Notes: a model not told the origin generated them from the letters alone. A stretch of DNA of 64,000 nt from an uncultured delta proteobacterium (GCA_963790475.1 CAWBOS010000010.1:128001-192000), one strand, 5' to 3'; counted from the stretch's first letter, positions 19,890 to 30,577 are shown. A program made the numbers and translations.

Positions 19890-20672
19890 CTATTCCGGAG
19901 AACCTGCCGTCCCGACCATGGAGCCGCCGTCGATGACTATGGTTACTCCGGTAACGTATCTTGAAGCACCGGAGGCCAGATAAAGCACAGCACCGGCCAC
20001 ATCATCCGGCTGACCCAGGAAACCGACGGGCATACGGCTGATCGCGGCAGCCCTTACCGCCGGGTCCTTCCACAGGGCTTCGGCGAGGCGCGTTTCGATC
20101 ACTCCCGGGGCAATGGCGTTGACTCGGATACCGTATTGACCCCACTCCCTGGCCATACACTGGGTCAGCATGATCAAACCGGCTTTGGTCACGCCGTAAA
20201 TGGCCAATCCACTGGCCCTTAATCCGGCAACGGAGGCCGTGTTGATAATAGATCCGCCTCCCTTTTCCTTCATAACCCTGGCCACTAACTGGCTCAGAAA
20301 GAACTGCCCCTTCAAATTGACGTTCATGGTCGTATCCCAGGCCCATTCCTCGGCATCCATCAGACTCCCGGGGTAGGGATTGGTGCCGGCATTGTTAAAT
20401 AAAACGTCAATACGGCCGAACTCTTTGACCACCTGATCGACCAACTTTTTCTGTTCGTCGAGTTTGGCTACATGAGAGGCAATGGCCTTTGCTTTTCCAT
20501 TTTTGGCTTTGATCTCTTGAACGACTCGATCCAGATCAGCCTGTTTGCGGCTGCTGACCACCACTGTCGCTCCGGCGTCGGCAAAAGCCATGGCGCTGGC
20601 CTTGCCGATTCCGCGGCTTCCGCCGGTGATGAGGGCCACTTTGCCCTCTAAAGAAAATCTGCTGCAGTCCAT
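19890..20672 (-). CDS. SDR family oxidoreductase
   Basis: TGGSRGIG, NNAG, YGVTK. Confidence 0.93.
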   Translation of the reverse strand: MDCSRFSLEGKVALITGGSRGIGKASAMAFADAGATVVVSSRKQADLDRVVQEIKAKNGKAKAIASHVAKLDEQKKLVDQVVKEFGRIDVLFNNAGTNPYPGSLMDAEEWAWDTTMNVNLKGQFFLSQLVARVMKEKGGGSIINTASVAGLRASGLAIYGVTKAGLIMLTQCMAREWGQYGIRVNAIAPGVIETRLAEALWKDPAVRAAAISRMPVGFLGQPDDVAGAVLYLASGASRYVTGVTIVIDGGSMVGTAGSPE

Positions 20673-20998
20673 GATGATTCTCCTTTCAATTCAGATCCAT
20701 TCAGACCGTTTATTAGGGATTAATTTTGTAAACCTGCTCCAAGGTCTTCCTACAGCTATCTCCTGGGGAACGACCCCGGTATTATTAGTTTAAATTCAAA
20801 ATATAGAAAGTCATATCATAGCCCCGGGGAAAAAGGCAACAAGGTTTTTTGTCTTCTCCGGGAGGGGGATTTTCTCTCCAAAGTCGGGTTTCAAAACCGC
20901 CTCATCATCCACTCATGCCCTTCCCATTTTCTTAAAATGGATACCGGGCCTGGAACTCCCGAATTCTCCCGACCATAATACGGACGCCCTTCCGGGGA

Positions 20999-22729
20999 TC
21001 AGGCCTTTTGCAGTTTCCTGGCCTTTTCCACATATTCATCCATTTTCTTCCGGATGGCGATCTTGTCGTATTTGCCCACACTGGTCTTGGGTATTTCATC
21101 GCAGAAAACAATATAATCAGGCAGCATCCATTTGGCGAGTTTTCCCGTTCCCACCCCTTCAGTCTCGAGATATTTAAGGAGATCTTCTTCGGTCTTACCC
21201 GAACCGGGTATACACCGGGCCAGACACAGGGGTCGCTCTCCCCACTTCTCATCCGGAACCCCGACATAGGTGGCTTCCAGCACGAAATCGGCGTTGCAGG
21301 TCAGGTTTTCCAGGAGCACCGTGGGCACCATCTCGGCCCCGCTGCGGATGACATCCGTTATCCGGTCGACGATGATGATGTAGCCCTCTTGATCCACTTT
21401 GGCCGCATCTCCGGTATGGAACCAGCCGTCCCGCCAGGCGGCATTGGTCTTTTCCGGATCCTTATAGTATTTTTCCATTATCCAATGGCCTCTCAAAACG
21501 ATCTCGCCAATGGTCTCATTGTCGTGGGGCACCGGTTTTCCGTTTTCACCCATAACCACAGCGTCAATGGCCGGGTTGGGCAAGCCGGTCTTGACCCTGA
21601 CCTGATCCAGTTGTTCTTTCGACCAGCCAACCATTCCACGTTTGATGGTCGCCCCGATAACACCAGCCAGGGTTTCCGTCATGCCGTAACCGGAGCCGAC
21701 GGTGAACTTCGGAAACATTTTCTCGGCTTTGGCTTTCAGACCCAGGGGCAGGGCCGCGCCGCCGGTCCCGACCGTGGTCAGGCTGCTCAAGTCAAATTTA
21801 TGAAAGTCCGGGTATTCGATAAGCATAGCCAGCATGGTCGGCACCATGGAGGTCGCGGTCACCTTCTCCGTTTGCACCAGATCACAGAAGCTCTCCGGAG
21901 AAAACCGGCCGGGGAGAACGATCCTGGCGGCCGCATAAACATAGGCAAAGGGAGCCTGCCAGGCGTGGATATGGAACAAGGGGACATTGATCATAACCAC
22001 GATCGTATTGGGTGTCGGCGGGTCGTCGGGCAACGTCGGAGTCAGAAATCGAGTGCCCATCGTGTATAAAGTTTGCAAAAAAAGCTGTCGGTGGGTGAAA
22101 AGGGCGCCTTTGGGCAGGCCGGTGGTGCCCGTGGTGTAATAGAGAACGGCCGGGGTATCTTCGTCGAAGTCGGGCCAGTCAAAGGTTGGCGGTTGCTCCT
22201 TTATCAATTCCTCATATTCGTAGAGAGGCTCGATAAGGGTCTTAGGCTTACCCGGCTTTTCGGAGATATAGACGAATTTCTGAACGGTAGCCTTTATCCG
22301 GTCATACAACGCTTCAACCAGGGGCAGGACCGCGTCATCAAAGAACAGGATCTTGTCTTCGGAATGGGTTATGGTGTAGGCCATGTGATCCAGGGAAAGC
22401 CGGATATTGACCGGATGAGACACCGCTCCGGTGCAGGTGGTGGCGTATATGGTCTCCAGGTGCCAGTGGTGGTTTAAAGACATGGTTCCTATGCGGTCAC
22501 CGGGCTGGCCGGGTCTACCAGGGGTTACCCCCAAGGCCTTAAGTGCCTGGGCCAGACGACAGGTGCGTTCATGCCACTGCCGCCAGGTGAATCGGGAATA
22601 TTTGCCGGCATCATTTCTGTAAACCACGCCTATTTCATCCGGATATAAAGACAGCGGCCGCTTAAAACAATTTTTTATGAGCAGCGGGTAATGGATGTTG
22701 TATTCAGGGTAGGTAATTTCCTCAATCAT
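20999..22729 (-). CDS. Acyl-CoA synthetase (medium/long-chain fatty-acid-CoA ligase)
   Basis: YTTGTTGLPKG, GYGMTE, GWFHTGD, IPKTSVGKYDK. Confidence 0.93.
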   Translation of the reverse strand: MIEEITYPEYNIHYPLLIKNCFKRPLSLYPDEIGVVYRNDAGKYSRFTWRQWHERTCRLAQALKALGVTPGRPGQPGDRIGTMSLNHHWHLETIYATTCTGAVSHPVNIRLSLDHMAYTITHSEDKILFFDDAVLPLVEALYDRIKATVQKFVYISEKPGKPKTLIEPLYEYEELIKEQPPTFDWPDFDEDTPAVLYYTTGTTGLPKGALFTHRQLFLQTLYTMGTRFLTPTLPDDPPTPNTIVVMINVPLFHIHAWQAPFAYVYAAARIVLPGRFSPESFCDLVQTEKVTATSMVPTMLAMLIEYPDFHKFDLSSLTTVGTGGAALPLGLKAKAEKMFPKFTVGSGYGMTETLAGVIGATIKRGMVGWSKEQLDQVRVKTGLPNPAIDAVVMGENGKPVPHDNETIGEIVLRGHWIMEKYYKDPEKTNAAWRDGWFHTGDAAKVDQEGYIIIVDRITDVIRSGAEMVPTVLLENLTCNADFVLEATYVGVPDEKWGERPLCLARCIPGSGKTEEDLLKYLETEGVGTGKLAKWMLPDYIVFCDEIPKTSVGKYDKIAIRKKMDEYVEKARKLQKA

Positions 22730-22752
22730 CGATTAATTCCCCTTTCTTCAGG

Positions 22753-23559
22753 TTAATTCTTTTCAAAAATTTTGGCCCCGATTTCATAAACACGGGTGAC
22801 CTCAGTTAATGACTCGGATAACCGGCCGGAGGCTGCCAAGGCGTCAGCCCGGACCAGGCCACGGGCCGTTTCAGGATCTGCATCGTCAGGTCGGGCTAAG
22901 GTGGTAAGGTCGGCCAGAAAGCGCCGTTCCGCCGCCCGGTTAAGCACCAGATAGGGGAGGCCATCATACCACAACAATCGTTCCTCCAAACTGGCAAAAG
23001 GGACCCGTTTGGTTAGCCTGTCAGCCAGGATCCGGCCGAGGGCTTCAACTCGTTCAAGGGATTCCTGAAAATTGAAACGGGTGACCGGTAATGGTTCTAT
23101 GGCACGCATCTGCATCACTTGAAAAAAATGATACACCGGACGCAGACCGGAAATGAGGCCGTTGCCGGTCCCTCCGGCGATGCTAAGGCCCAAGGCCGGC
23201 AAACCCTTAAGTGGAGCCGATCGGGCAAAAACGCGAAACATTTTCAGGATAAAATATTTGACCATTCCGCTGGTATCCCCCCAATAGACCGGTGTTCCTA
23301 AAACCAAAGCGCCACAATTCAATATTTTTTGACTCAGGAACTGAAAGGCTTCATCATCAAAATTACACTCAAGATTGGTTAGGCAGGTCCAAGGCAGGCA
23401 ATCTCGGCAGGCAGCGACGACATGATCGCTCATCTGAATCAATTCGACAGCGGCACCTGCCCGGCCGGCGCCTTCCAGGGCGGCGGTTACCAACTCATTA
23501 GTCCGTCCTTTCGGGTTGGGGCTTCCAACCAGCCCCAATACAACATCTTCTGATCCCAT
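22753..23559 (-). CDS. Flavodoxin-like / iron-sulfur flavoprotein family with C-terminal extension
   Basis: GSPNPKGRT, CRDC-x4-C-x5-C, GTPVYWG. Confidence 0.8.
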   Translation of the reverse strand: MGSEDVVLGLVGSPNPKGRTNELVTAALEGAGRAGAAVELIQMSDHVVAACRDCLPWTCLTNLECNFDDEAFQFLSQKILNCGALVLGTPVYWGDTSGMVKYFILKMFRVFARSAPLKGLPALGLSIAGGTGNGLISGLRPVYHFFQVMQMRAIEPLPVTRFNFQESLERVEALGRILADRLTKRVPFASLEERLLWYDGLPYLVLNRAAERRFLADLTTLARPDDADPETARGLVRADALAASGRLSESLTEVTRVYEIGAKIFEKN

Positions 23560-23813
23560 GACACTTTTTCCCTTTCTGTAGTTGCAGAAGAGTTCAGCTC
23601 AAGATAGGAATTGCAAGTTTTACCCTTGCCCTCACTGGGCCAAATGACTATAAGACAGGAAAGGAAATGGGGTCAAGCAGAAAATCAATTAGCCGGCAAA
23701 GTCCGACTTCCTGTCCCCTGATGATCCTCAGGAAGAAAAGATTTGATATTGACATAGGAAATCCTTTCTAACATACTCCCAACTTTTGAAGGGTTTTTTT
23801 CTTATTCATTTAA

Positions 23814-24989
23814 ATGGATCAAAGCGTGAAGCGCCATACCGAGCTTAAAGGCCGGGCCCTCATATTTCTCTTTTTCCTTTGGTTTCTCTGGTTCAATAAT
23901 CTGGGCGTCCGGCTCATTTTTTCACCCATCTTGCCGCTGATTGAAGATGAGTTTGCCGTCAGCCATGCCCGGGCCGGAAGTGTTTTTATTTTTCAATCTG
24001 TCGGTTATGGCTTGTCATTGTTTTTTTCAGGATTTTTTTCGGGGAGACTGGGATATAAGAAATCGATCCTCCTCTCCCTGGCGGTTTCGTCCCTGGTCTG
24101 TTTCTTGATCCCTTTGGTCAAAATATTTCCGGCGATTTATCTCTTTTCGTTTTTTTTGGGTTTTTCAACCGGGGTGTATCTTCCCTCGGTGATGCCCCTC
24201 CTCACTGAGTATTTTGATGAAAAAAATTGGGGCAAATCCATTGCCATCCATGACTCGGCGGCCTCGATCAGTATTTTCTCTACTCCCTTCCTGGCTCTAT
24301 TTCTGCTTCATTTTTTTTACTGGCGAGGGATTTTTCCGGTATTTGCCGGGATCTTCCTCCTGAGCACCCTCATTTTCTTTTTTTCAAGTGAGGAGTTCAA
24401 AATCAGACATTCCGAAAAAACCCGACTGCGTGATCTGGTGCGAAGACGATCCCTGTGGATCATGGCCATCTTGTGGATGTTTGCCGGGGGGGCCAATATG
24501 GGGATCTATTTTATCATTCCCCTGTATTTGACCAAAGAGATGTCCTTGAGTATCGGCTATGCCAACACCATTCTGGGGGTATCCCGCTTTGGAGGTATTG
24601 CCGTGGCCATCTTGTGCGGATTTCTGGTTGACCGCTTCAGTCTGAAGAAGATTATGTTTGCCATGCTGTTACTGACCGGTATTTTTACCGTCCTGTTGGG
24701 GATGGCTTCTGTTCGTTGGGTAGGGATTTTTCTTTTTTTACAGGCTGTCATGGTAACCGGTTTTTTCCCTTTGGGGCTGGTGTCCATGGCCCGGATGTTC
24801 GACCGGGAAATCAGGGGCCTGGCCACCGGTGTCACCCTGACGGTCGGGGTTATCCTGGGAGCAGGGCTCATGCCTTATCTCCTTGGTCTTTCCGGTGACC
24901 TGCTCAGCTTCCGTTTTGGTATTTCCCTGCTGGGAATGGCCATTATTCTGTCCACCAGCCTGGTCTTTTCGTTAAAGGAAATTAGATAA
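23814..24989 (+). CDS. MFS transporter
   Basis: About 12 hydrophobic segments; SGRLGYKK and GFLVDRFSLKK motif A. Confidence 0.88.
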   Translation: MDQSVKRHTELKGRALIFLFFLWFLWFNNLGVRLIFSPILPLIEDEFAVSHARAGSVFIFQSVGYGLSLFFSGFFSGRLGYKKSILLSLAVSSLVCFLIPLVKIFPAIYLFSFFLGFSTGVYLPSVMPLLTEYFDEKNWGKSIAIHDSAASISIFSTPFLALFLLHFFYWRGIFPVFAGIFLLSTLIFFFSSEEFKIRHSEKTRLRDLVRRRSLWIMAILWMFAGGANMGIYFIIPLYLTKEMSLSIGYANTILGVSRFGGIAVAILCGFLVDRFSLKKIMFAMLLLTGIFTVLLGMASVRWVGIFLFLQAVMVTGFFPLGLVSMARMFDREIRGLATGVTLTVGVILGAGLMPYLLGLSGDLLSFRFGISLLGMAIILSTSLVFSLKEIR

Positions 24990-25000
24990 AGGAGGAAATT

Positions 25001-26166
25001 ATGGTATCTGCTATTCGGATCGAAATGAACGTCCCCATGAAAATGCGGGACGGAGTAACCTTGCGCGCCGATGTTTATCGCCCGGATGATAAGGAAAAGC
25101 ATCCCGCCATTATCGTGCGTACACCCTACAGCAAAACCTACAGCCACCACAGCGATTATCTGTCGGCGCATCAGGCCGCGGTCAATGGTTACGCCTTTGT
25201 CGTGCAGGATGTCCGGGGGCGCTTTGCCTCTGAAGGCAGCGGGTTCACTATCGGGGCCGCGGAAGGGCTTGACGGTTACGACACGGTGGAGGGTGTTGCC
25301 GCCGAGCCCTGGTGCGACGGGAATGTCGGCATGGTGGGCTGTTCCTATCTGGGCCGCAACCAGTGGCAGGCGGCCTTTGAAAATCCGCCGCATCTAAAGG
25401 CCATATCACCTTCCGTGATCGGATCGGGGCCCCTGATGGAAACCCGTCTGACCGGGGTTTGTGGGTATGGCCTTCGATACGCTCGACAAATTGAGCAGGC
25501 AGGGCAAAGACGTGACCGAGGCCTTGGCAACCCTCAGGCAAGCCCGCCTGAATATTACCGAGATGTTCGACTATCTGCCTCTGAAGGACCTGCCGATCTT
25601 CAAAATTGAGCACCTGGGCGCCAATTTTCTGGCCCGTCAATCTGAGGCCGTTCCACCGACCATTAAGACCGAGGCCGATCTGGTCTGGCCCTGCCGCAAA
25701 CCGAGTGGCAGCGGTTCTTTTTCCACAGCCAAGGGAAGGCCAATTCCCTGACCGGTAACGGGACTCTGAACCGGGATGCTCCGAGTTCGGAACCGGCGGA
25801 TATCTTGGTTTATGACCCCAGGTTTCCGGTGCCCTCTTTAGGCGGGAGAAATCTTGACCTGGGAACTCTGGTGGCCGGTCCCCTGGACCAGAGGCCGGTT
25901 GAACAACGCCACGATGTGAGGAAATGGTTGTTCCCGGTGAGGTCAATGAATATGTGATCGATATGGCCAACACCAGTAACTGCTTCCGACGGGGTCATCG
26001 TCTGAGGATCGACCTGACCAGCAGCAATTTCCCCCGGATCGATCGCAACATGAATACGGGAAACCCCTTTGGGGAGGATGCGGTAAGCATTCCGGCAATC
26101 CAGACCATTTTTCACCAGAGCGATCATGTGTCTTACATCGATTTGCCGGTGATACCGACGAAGTAG
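25001..26166 (+). pseudogene. CocE/NonD hydrolase pseudogene with several internal deletions
   Basis: MRDGVTLRAD, QDVRGRFASEG, GCSYLG nucleophile, WPLPQT, GHRLRIDLTSSNFPRIDRN appear in order in different frames; total ~390 codons, well short of a full-length enzyme. Confidence 0.88.
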
Positions 26167-26227
26167 GCGTGAGGCGAGAGGCGTGAGGGTTAAGGTTTCT
26201 TTGCCTCAAGCCTCTCGCCTCAAGCCT
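26165..26227. repeat. Inverted heptamer-repeat hairpin (AGGCGTG)n...(GCCTCAA)n, likely terminator
   Basis: Read directly; lies between convergent genes. Confidence 0.75.
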
Positions 26228-26232
26228 GCTTT

Positions 26233-26991
26233 TTATCCATACCGGCCGGTGATATAGTCGTTAGTCCGGTCATCCCGGGGCTTGGTGAAGATCTGCCCGG
26301 TGGGGCCGAATTCGATCAGGTCCCCCAAAAGCATAAACCCGGTTTCTTCGGAGATTCGAGCGGCCTGCTGCATATTATGGGTGACGATGACGATGGTAAA
26401 GTTTTCCTTAAGCTCCAGCATCAGGCTTTCGATCTTTTCCGTGGCCATGGGATCCAGGGCCGAGCAGGGTTCGTCCATCAGGATAATACGGGACTGCAGG
26501 GCCACGATCCGGGCGAAGCAGAGCCTTTGTTGTTGTTCGAGGGTCAGACTTAAGGCCGATTGTTTTAGTTTATCTTTGAGATTATCCCAGAGTCCCACAG
26601 CGGATAAGGCCTGGGAGGCAATTTGATCCCAGGTTCCTTTTTTCGAAGGTAGCAGGCCATGGACCTTTAACCCGAAAAGAACATTTTCCAGGATGGAGAG
26701 CGGGAAAGGGTTGGGCCGTTGGAAGACCATGCCCACTTCTTTCCGAAGCTGAATCAAATTGGTTCCCGGTTCATAGATATTTCTATCCCCGATCAAGACC
26801 TGTCCTTCTATCCGGACATCGTCAATTAAGTCATTCATCCGGTTGAGACAGCGCAGTAGGGTGGATTTCCCGCACCCGGAGGGGCCGATCAGGGCGGTAA
26901 TGGTCTTTTCTTTGAAAAAGGAAGATACGCCCTTCAAGGCATGGAAAGAACCATAATACAAGTCCAGATTTCTTATGGTGATGGCCGGCAA
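26233..26991 (-). CDS. pstB: Phosphate ABC transporter ATPase
   Basis: GPSGCGKST, MVFQRPNPFP, DEPCSALDP, YITGRYG; signature degenerate (LTLEQQQR). Confidence 0.93.
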   Translation of the reverse strand: MPAITIRNLDLYYGSFHALKGVSSFFKEKTITALIGPSGCGKSTLLRCLNRMNDLIDDVRIEGQVLIGDRNIYEPGTNLIQLRKEVGMVFQRPNPFPLSILENVLFGLKVHGLLPSKKGTWDQIASQALSAVGLWDNLKDKLKQSALSLTLEQQQRLCFARIVALQSRIILMDEPCSALDPMATEKIESLMLELKENFTIVIVTHNMQQAARISEETGFMLLGDLIEFGPTGQIFTKPRDDRTNDYITGRYG

Positions 26992-27002
26992 TATTCCTCC
27001 TT

Positions 27003-27770
27003 TTAACCAAATCTTCCCGAAACATAATCTTCCGTTCGTTTGTCCGATGGACTGGTGAAGATCTTGTCCGGAGAGCCGTATTCAATCAGATCCCCCATGA
27101 GGAAGAAAGCCACCTTATCCGAAATGCGGGCGATTTGTTTGGTGTTGTTGCTGACCAGGATAATGGTGTAGTCCTTTTTCAGAGTGCGCAAAGCCTCTTC
27201 AATCTTGGCGGTAGAGATCGGGTCCAGCCCGGAGGTCGGCTCGTCCAGAAGGATGACCTCGGATTGCATGGCCAGGGTCCGGGCCACACAAAGCCGTTGC
27301 TGCTGGCCGCCGGAAAGTTTCAGGGCCGATTCAAACAGGCGGTCTTTGACTTCATCCCAGAGGATGGCGGCCCGAAGACTCTGTTCCACCCGTTCATCCA
27401 GAATCCGCCGATCTCTCACCCCATGCATCCGGGGGCCAAAGGTCAGATTTTCATAAATGGAACGGGGCAGGGGGATCGGTTTGGCAAAGACCATGCCCAC
27501 CCTGGCCCGAAGGAGATTGACATCAAAATTGGGTAACAGGATGTCGTCCTCTTCCAGGAACACCTGCCCCCGGATTAAAATATTCGGGATCAGGTCGGAT
27601 AATCGATTTAAAATCCTGAGCAGGGTGCTTTTCCCACTGTTGGAAGGCCCCATGATCCCGGTAATTTGATTCCTGGGGATGGCCAGGGAGATGGACTGGA
27701 GACAGGATTCCTGGCCATATAAAACCGTAAGATCTTTGATCTGAATTTTATTGGGGGCCTGGTTGGTCAT
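27003..27770 (-). CDS. pstB: Phosphate ABC transporter ATPase (second copy)
   Basis: GPSNSGKST, LSGGQQQR, DEPTSGLDP, YVSGRFG. Confidence 0.93.
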   Translation of the reverse strand: MTNQAPNKIQIKDLTVLYGQESCLQSISLAIPRNQITGIMGPSNSGKSTLLRILNRLSDLIPNILIRGQVFLEEDDILLPNFDVNLLRARVGMVFAKPIPLPRSIYENLTFGPRMHGVRDRRILDERVEQSLRAAILWDEVKDRLFESALKLSGGQQQRLCVARTLAMQSEVILLDEPTSGLDPISTAKIEEALRTLKKDYTIILVSNNTKQIARISDKVAFFLMGDLIEYGSPDKIFTSPSDKRTEDYVSGRFG

Positions 27771-27797
27771 TAATTATTCCGCAATCTGCCATCGAAA

Positions 27798-28634
27798 TCA
27801 GGAGTATTTTTTCATAAAAAACCGCATGGTCAAATAAGCGCTGATATTAATGGTCAAAATAAGCAGGACCAGAATGGCTGCTGTTCCATAAGCCATTGGC
27901 ATAGAGATCCCTTCACGGGCCAGGATATAAAAATGGACAGCCAGGGTTCGACCGGATTCAAAGATGGATTCCGGAAACCGCAGGGAAGAACCGGCGGTAA
28001 AGATAATGACTGCCGTTTCGCCGATGGAACGGGCAATGCTCAGGACGATACCGGTCATGATCCCGGGGAGGGCCGTGGGCAGGACAACGCGGGTGATAGT
28101 CCGCCATTTGCCCACTCCGAGAGAAAAAGAAACTTCCCTGAATTCCTGAGGGACGGCCAGGATTGATTCTTCCGATGTTCGAATAATCGTGGGCAGGAGC
28201 ATGGCCGATAGGGTCAGGCCGCCGGAGAGAAGGCTCCATCCCCAGCCCAAGGCCATGACAAAAATGGCAAATCCGAAAAGACCCAAAATGATGGACGGTA
28301 TCCCGGCCAGGGACTCGGTCCCGAATCGGATGATCCTGGTAATCAGGCCTTCCTGGGTATATTCGGTAAGATAGATCGCTGTTCCCAGTCCCAGGGGGGT
28401 GGCGAAGAAAAGGGCGATCCCGATTAGATAGATGGTACTGACGATGGTGGCCAATATTCCTCCCGAGCGTCCCATATCGACCGGATTGGTGGAAAGAAAG
28501 GCCCAGGAAATCTGGGGGAGTCCTTTGATGAAAATGAAAATAATGATGAAAAACAGGATGCCGATGGTTGAACCGGTCAGGACCCAGAGCAGGGTCTTGA
28601 TGAGTTTTTGGGTTAGGATGGGATTAAGGCGCAT
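27798..28634 (-). CDS. pstA: Phosphate ABC transporter permease PstA
   Basis: AIYLTEY, LAGIPSII, ARSIGETA. Confidence 0.93.
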   Translation of the reverse strand: MRLNPILTQKLIKTLLWVLTGSTIGILFFIIIFIFIKGLPQISWAFLSTNPVDMGRSGGILATIVSTIYLIGIALFFATPLGLGTAIYLTEYTQEGLITRIIRFGTESLAGIPSIILGLFGFAIFVMALGWGWSLLSGGLTLSAMLLPTIIRTSEESILAVPQEFREVSFSLGVGKWRTITRVVLPTALPGIMTGIVLSIARSIGETAVIIFTAGSSLRFPESIFESGRTLAVHFYILAREGISMPMAYGTAAILVLLILTINISAYLTMRFFMKKYS

Positions 28635-29470
28635 TATTTTTTCCGCATCAAAAGATTGGCCAGGATGTTGAGGGCCATGATGAAGATAAACAAGATGATC
28701 CCGGCGGCAAAAAGGGCGGTTCGATGATCTCCGGCTGAATAGCCCATCTCCAGGGCGATGGTGCTGGTCAGGGTCCGAACCGGATCCACCAGGGAACTGG
28801 GTATCTTCAGGGCATTACCGGCCACCATAATTACGGCCATGGTTTCACCGATGGCCCGGGCCATACCCAGAATGATGGCCGTCACTACCCCGGACCGGGC
28901 GGCAGGAAGAAGGACCAGCCGAATGGCCTGCCAATGAGTGGCCCCCATGGCCAGGGCCCCTTCTTTGTATAACAAGGGGACGGCTTGAATAGCATCGATG
29001 GAAATACTGGTGATCGTCGGTAAGATCATAATAGCCAGGATGATGGAGGCCGCGAGTAAGGACAACCCCGGTCCACCCAGATATTCGCGGATGAAGGGGA
29101 CCAGTATAATGACCCCTAAAAATCCAAAGACCACGGAAGGGATCCCGGCCAGCAGTTCGATAGTCGGTTTCAGGAAGACCAACAAGCGGGGCGGGCAAAA
29201 TTCCGCCAGGGTGATGGCACAGGCCAGGGCCAGGGGCACCCCCAGGATGATGGAGCCGAAGGTCACCGCCAGAGAGGAAATGATCATGGATAAAATCCCG
29301 AAGTGACCTTTGGTCGGCGCCCATTTGGCACTGAAGAGGAAGTCTTTTATCCCCGCCTTCAAGATGATGGGAAGCCCTTCCTTAAAAATAAAAACCGTAA
29401 TCAGCAAAAGAAGCCCTATGGCCGAAAAAGCGAGGAGGGTCAGGAATTTTTCGATGATTTTTTCTTTCAT
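28634..29470 (-). CDS. pstC: Phosphate ABC transporter permease PstC
   Basis: ELLAGIPSVVFG, ARAIGETMAVIMVAGN. Confidence 0.93.
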   Translation of the reverse strand: MKEKIIEKFLTLLAFSAIGLLLLITVFIFKEGLPIILKAGIKDFLFSAKWAPTKGHFGILSMIISSLAVTFGSIILGVPLALACAITLAEFCPPRLLVFLKPTIELLAGIPSVVFGFLGVIILVPFIREYLGGPGLSLLAASIILAIMILPTITSISIDAIQAVPLLYKEGALAMGATHWQAIRLVLLPAARSGVVTAIILGMARAIGETMAVIMVAGNALKIPSSLVDPVRTLTSTIALEMGYSAGDHRTALFAAGIILFIFIMALNILANLLMRKK

Positions 29471-29471
29471 C

Positions 29472-30278
29472 TTAATGGATTCCCACCAAACCTTCTTTTT
29501 CCAGAATTTGCTGACCTTCCCGGCTTAAGACAAAGTCAACAAACTGCCGGGCCAGAGCTGTGGGTTGACCGGGCAGAACGAAGATGAAAGGCCTGGTCAG
29601 GGTATATTGATTGTCTTTGATGGTGGTCACACTGGGGGCGATCGAGTTGACGGCCAAGGCCTTTACTTGATGGTTAATAACACCAAAGGAAATATAACCG
29701 ATGGCCTGGGGGTTATTGGCAATGATTTCCCGGACCGAACCGTTGGAGTCCTGGACCAGGGCCTCATCGGAAATCTCCCCTTTTTTCATAACCAAATTTT
29801 CAAAGGCATCCCGGGTGCCGGACCCTTCTTCCCGATTGACAAAATAAATCGGTTTGTCCACCCAGCCCAGGCGGGACCAGGAGCGAATTTTTCCGGAAAA
29901 AATTCCCTTCAGTTGTTCAAGGGAAATATCAGTGATTGGATTTTGGTGGTGAACAATAACGGCTATCCCGTCTTTGGCAATGATTATTTTAGTTAAGTCG
30001 CTTTCATCAGGATGTAGTTCTCTGGAGGAAGTGCCGATTTGGGCCGCTTTTTCGCGGCAGGCCTTGATCCCGGCGGTCGAGCCCCCGCCTTGGACATTGA
30101 TAACCAGTTTGGGATTCATATCCATATAGATTTCAGCCAGTTTTTCGGCAAAGGGCTGGATGGACGTGGAACCGGCAATCGTTAACGAGTGAGACCTGGA
30201 GGAACCTTTTGAAGAACAGCCTAAAGCCAGTAAAAACACCAATAGGCTAAAGCCAATAAATGACCGTTTGACTCCCAT
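29472..30278 (-). CDS. pstS: Phosphate ABC transporter substrate-binding lipoprotein
   Basis: Lipobox LALGC; [21 protein letters not shown]. Confidence 0.92.
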   Translation of the reverse strand: MGVKRSFIGFSLLVFLLALGCSSKGSSRSHSLTIAGSTSIQPFAEKLAEIYMDMNPKLVINVQGGGSTAGIKACREKAAQIGTSSRELHPDESDLTKIIIAKDGIAVIVHHQNPITDISLEQLKGIFSGKIRSWSRLGWVDKPIYFVNREEGSGTRDAFENLVMKKGEISDEALVQDSNGSVREIIANNPQAIGYISFGVINHQVKALAVNSIAPSVTTIKDNQYTLTRPFIFVLPGQPTALARQFVDFVLSREGQQILEKEGLVGIH

Positions 30279-30335
30279 AGAAAAATTACCCTATTATAAA
30301 AACCCCGAATTTGGGGCAAAGGTCTTTCTTAGTCC

Positions 30336-30412
30336 TGGTGCGCCCGGCCCGACTCGAACGGGCGGCCTGCGGATTCGAAGTCCGACGCTCTATCCAACTG
30401 AGCTACGGGCGC
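30336..30412 (-). tRNA. tRNA-Arg, anticodon TCG
   Basis: GCGCCCGTAGCTCAGTTGGATAGAGCGTCGGAC-T-TCG-AATCCGCAGGCCGCCCGTTCGAGTCGGGCCGGGCGCACCA; 77 nt with encoded CCA. Confidence 0.95.
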
Positions 30413-30577
30413 ACGCAAAGTCACCATACTAAAAATTGGTTTCAAATTCAAGAAAATCAATAGGGTAGGAAAAATTAAAGAAATTCAATTTAAATAGGCA
30501 CTTATTCTTCTTGAAACGGTTTTTAAGGTGTGTTATTTAAAATATCGGGAAAAATTTTTCATCGGGGGGCTTCTTTC

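Noticed and set aside
21008-22069. 353-aa plus-strand ORF
   Set aside because: Antisense shadow of the acyl-CoA synthetase; no motifs
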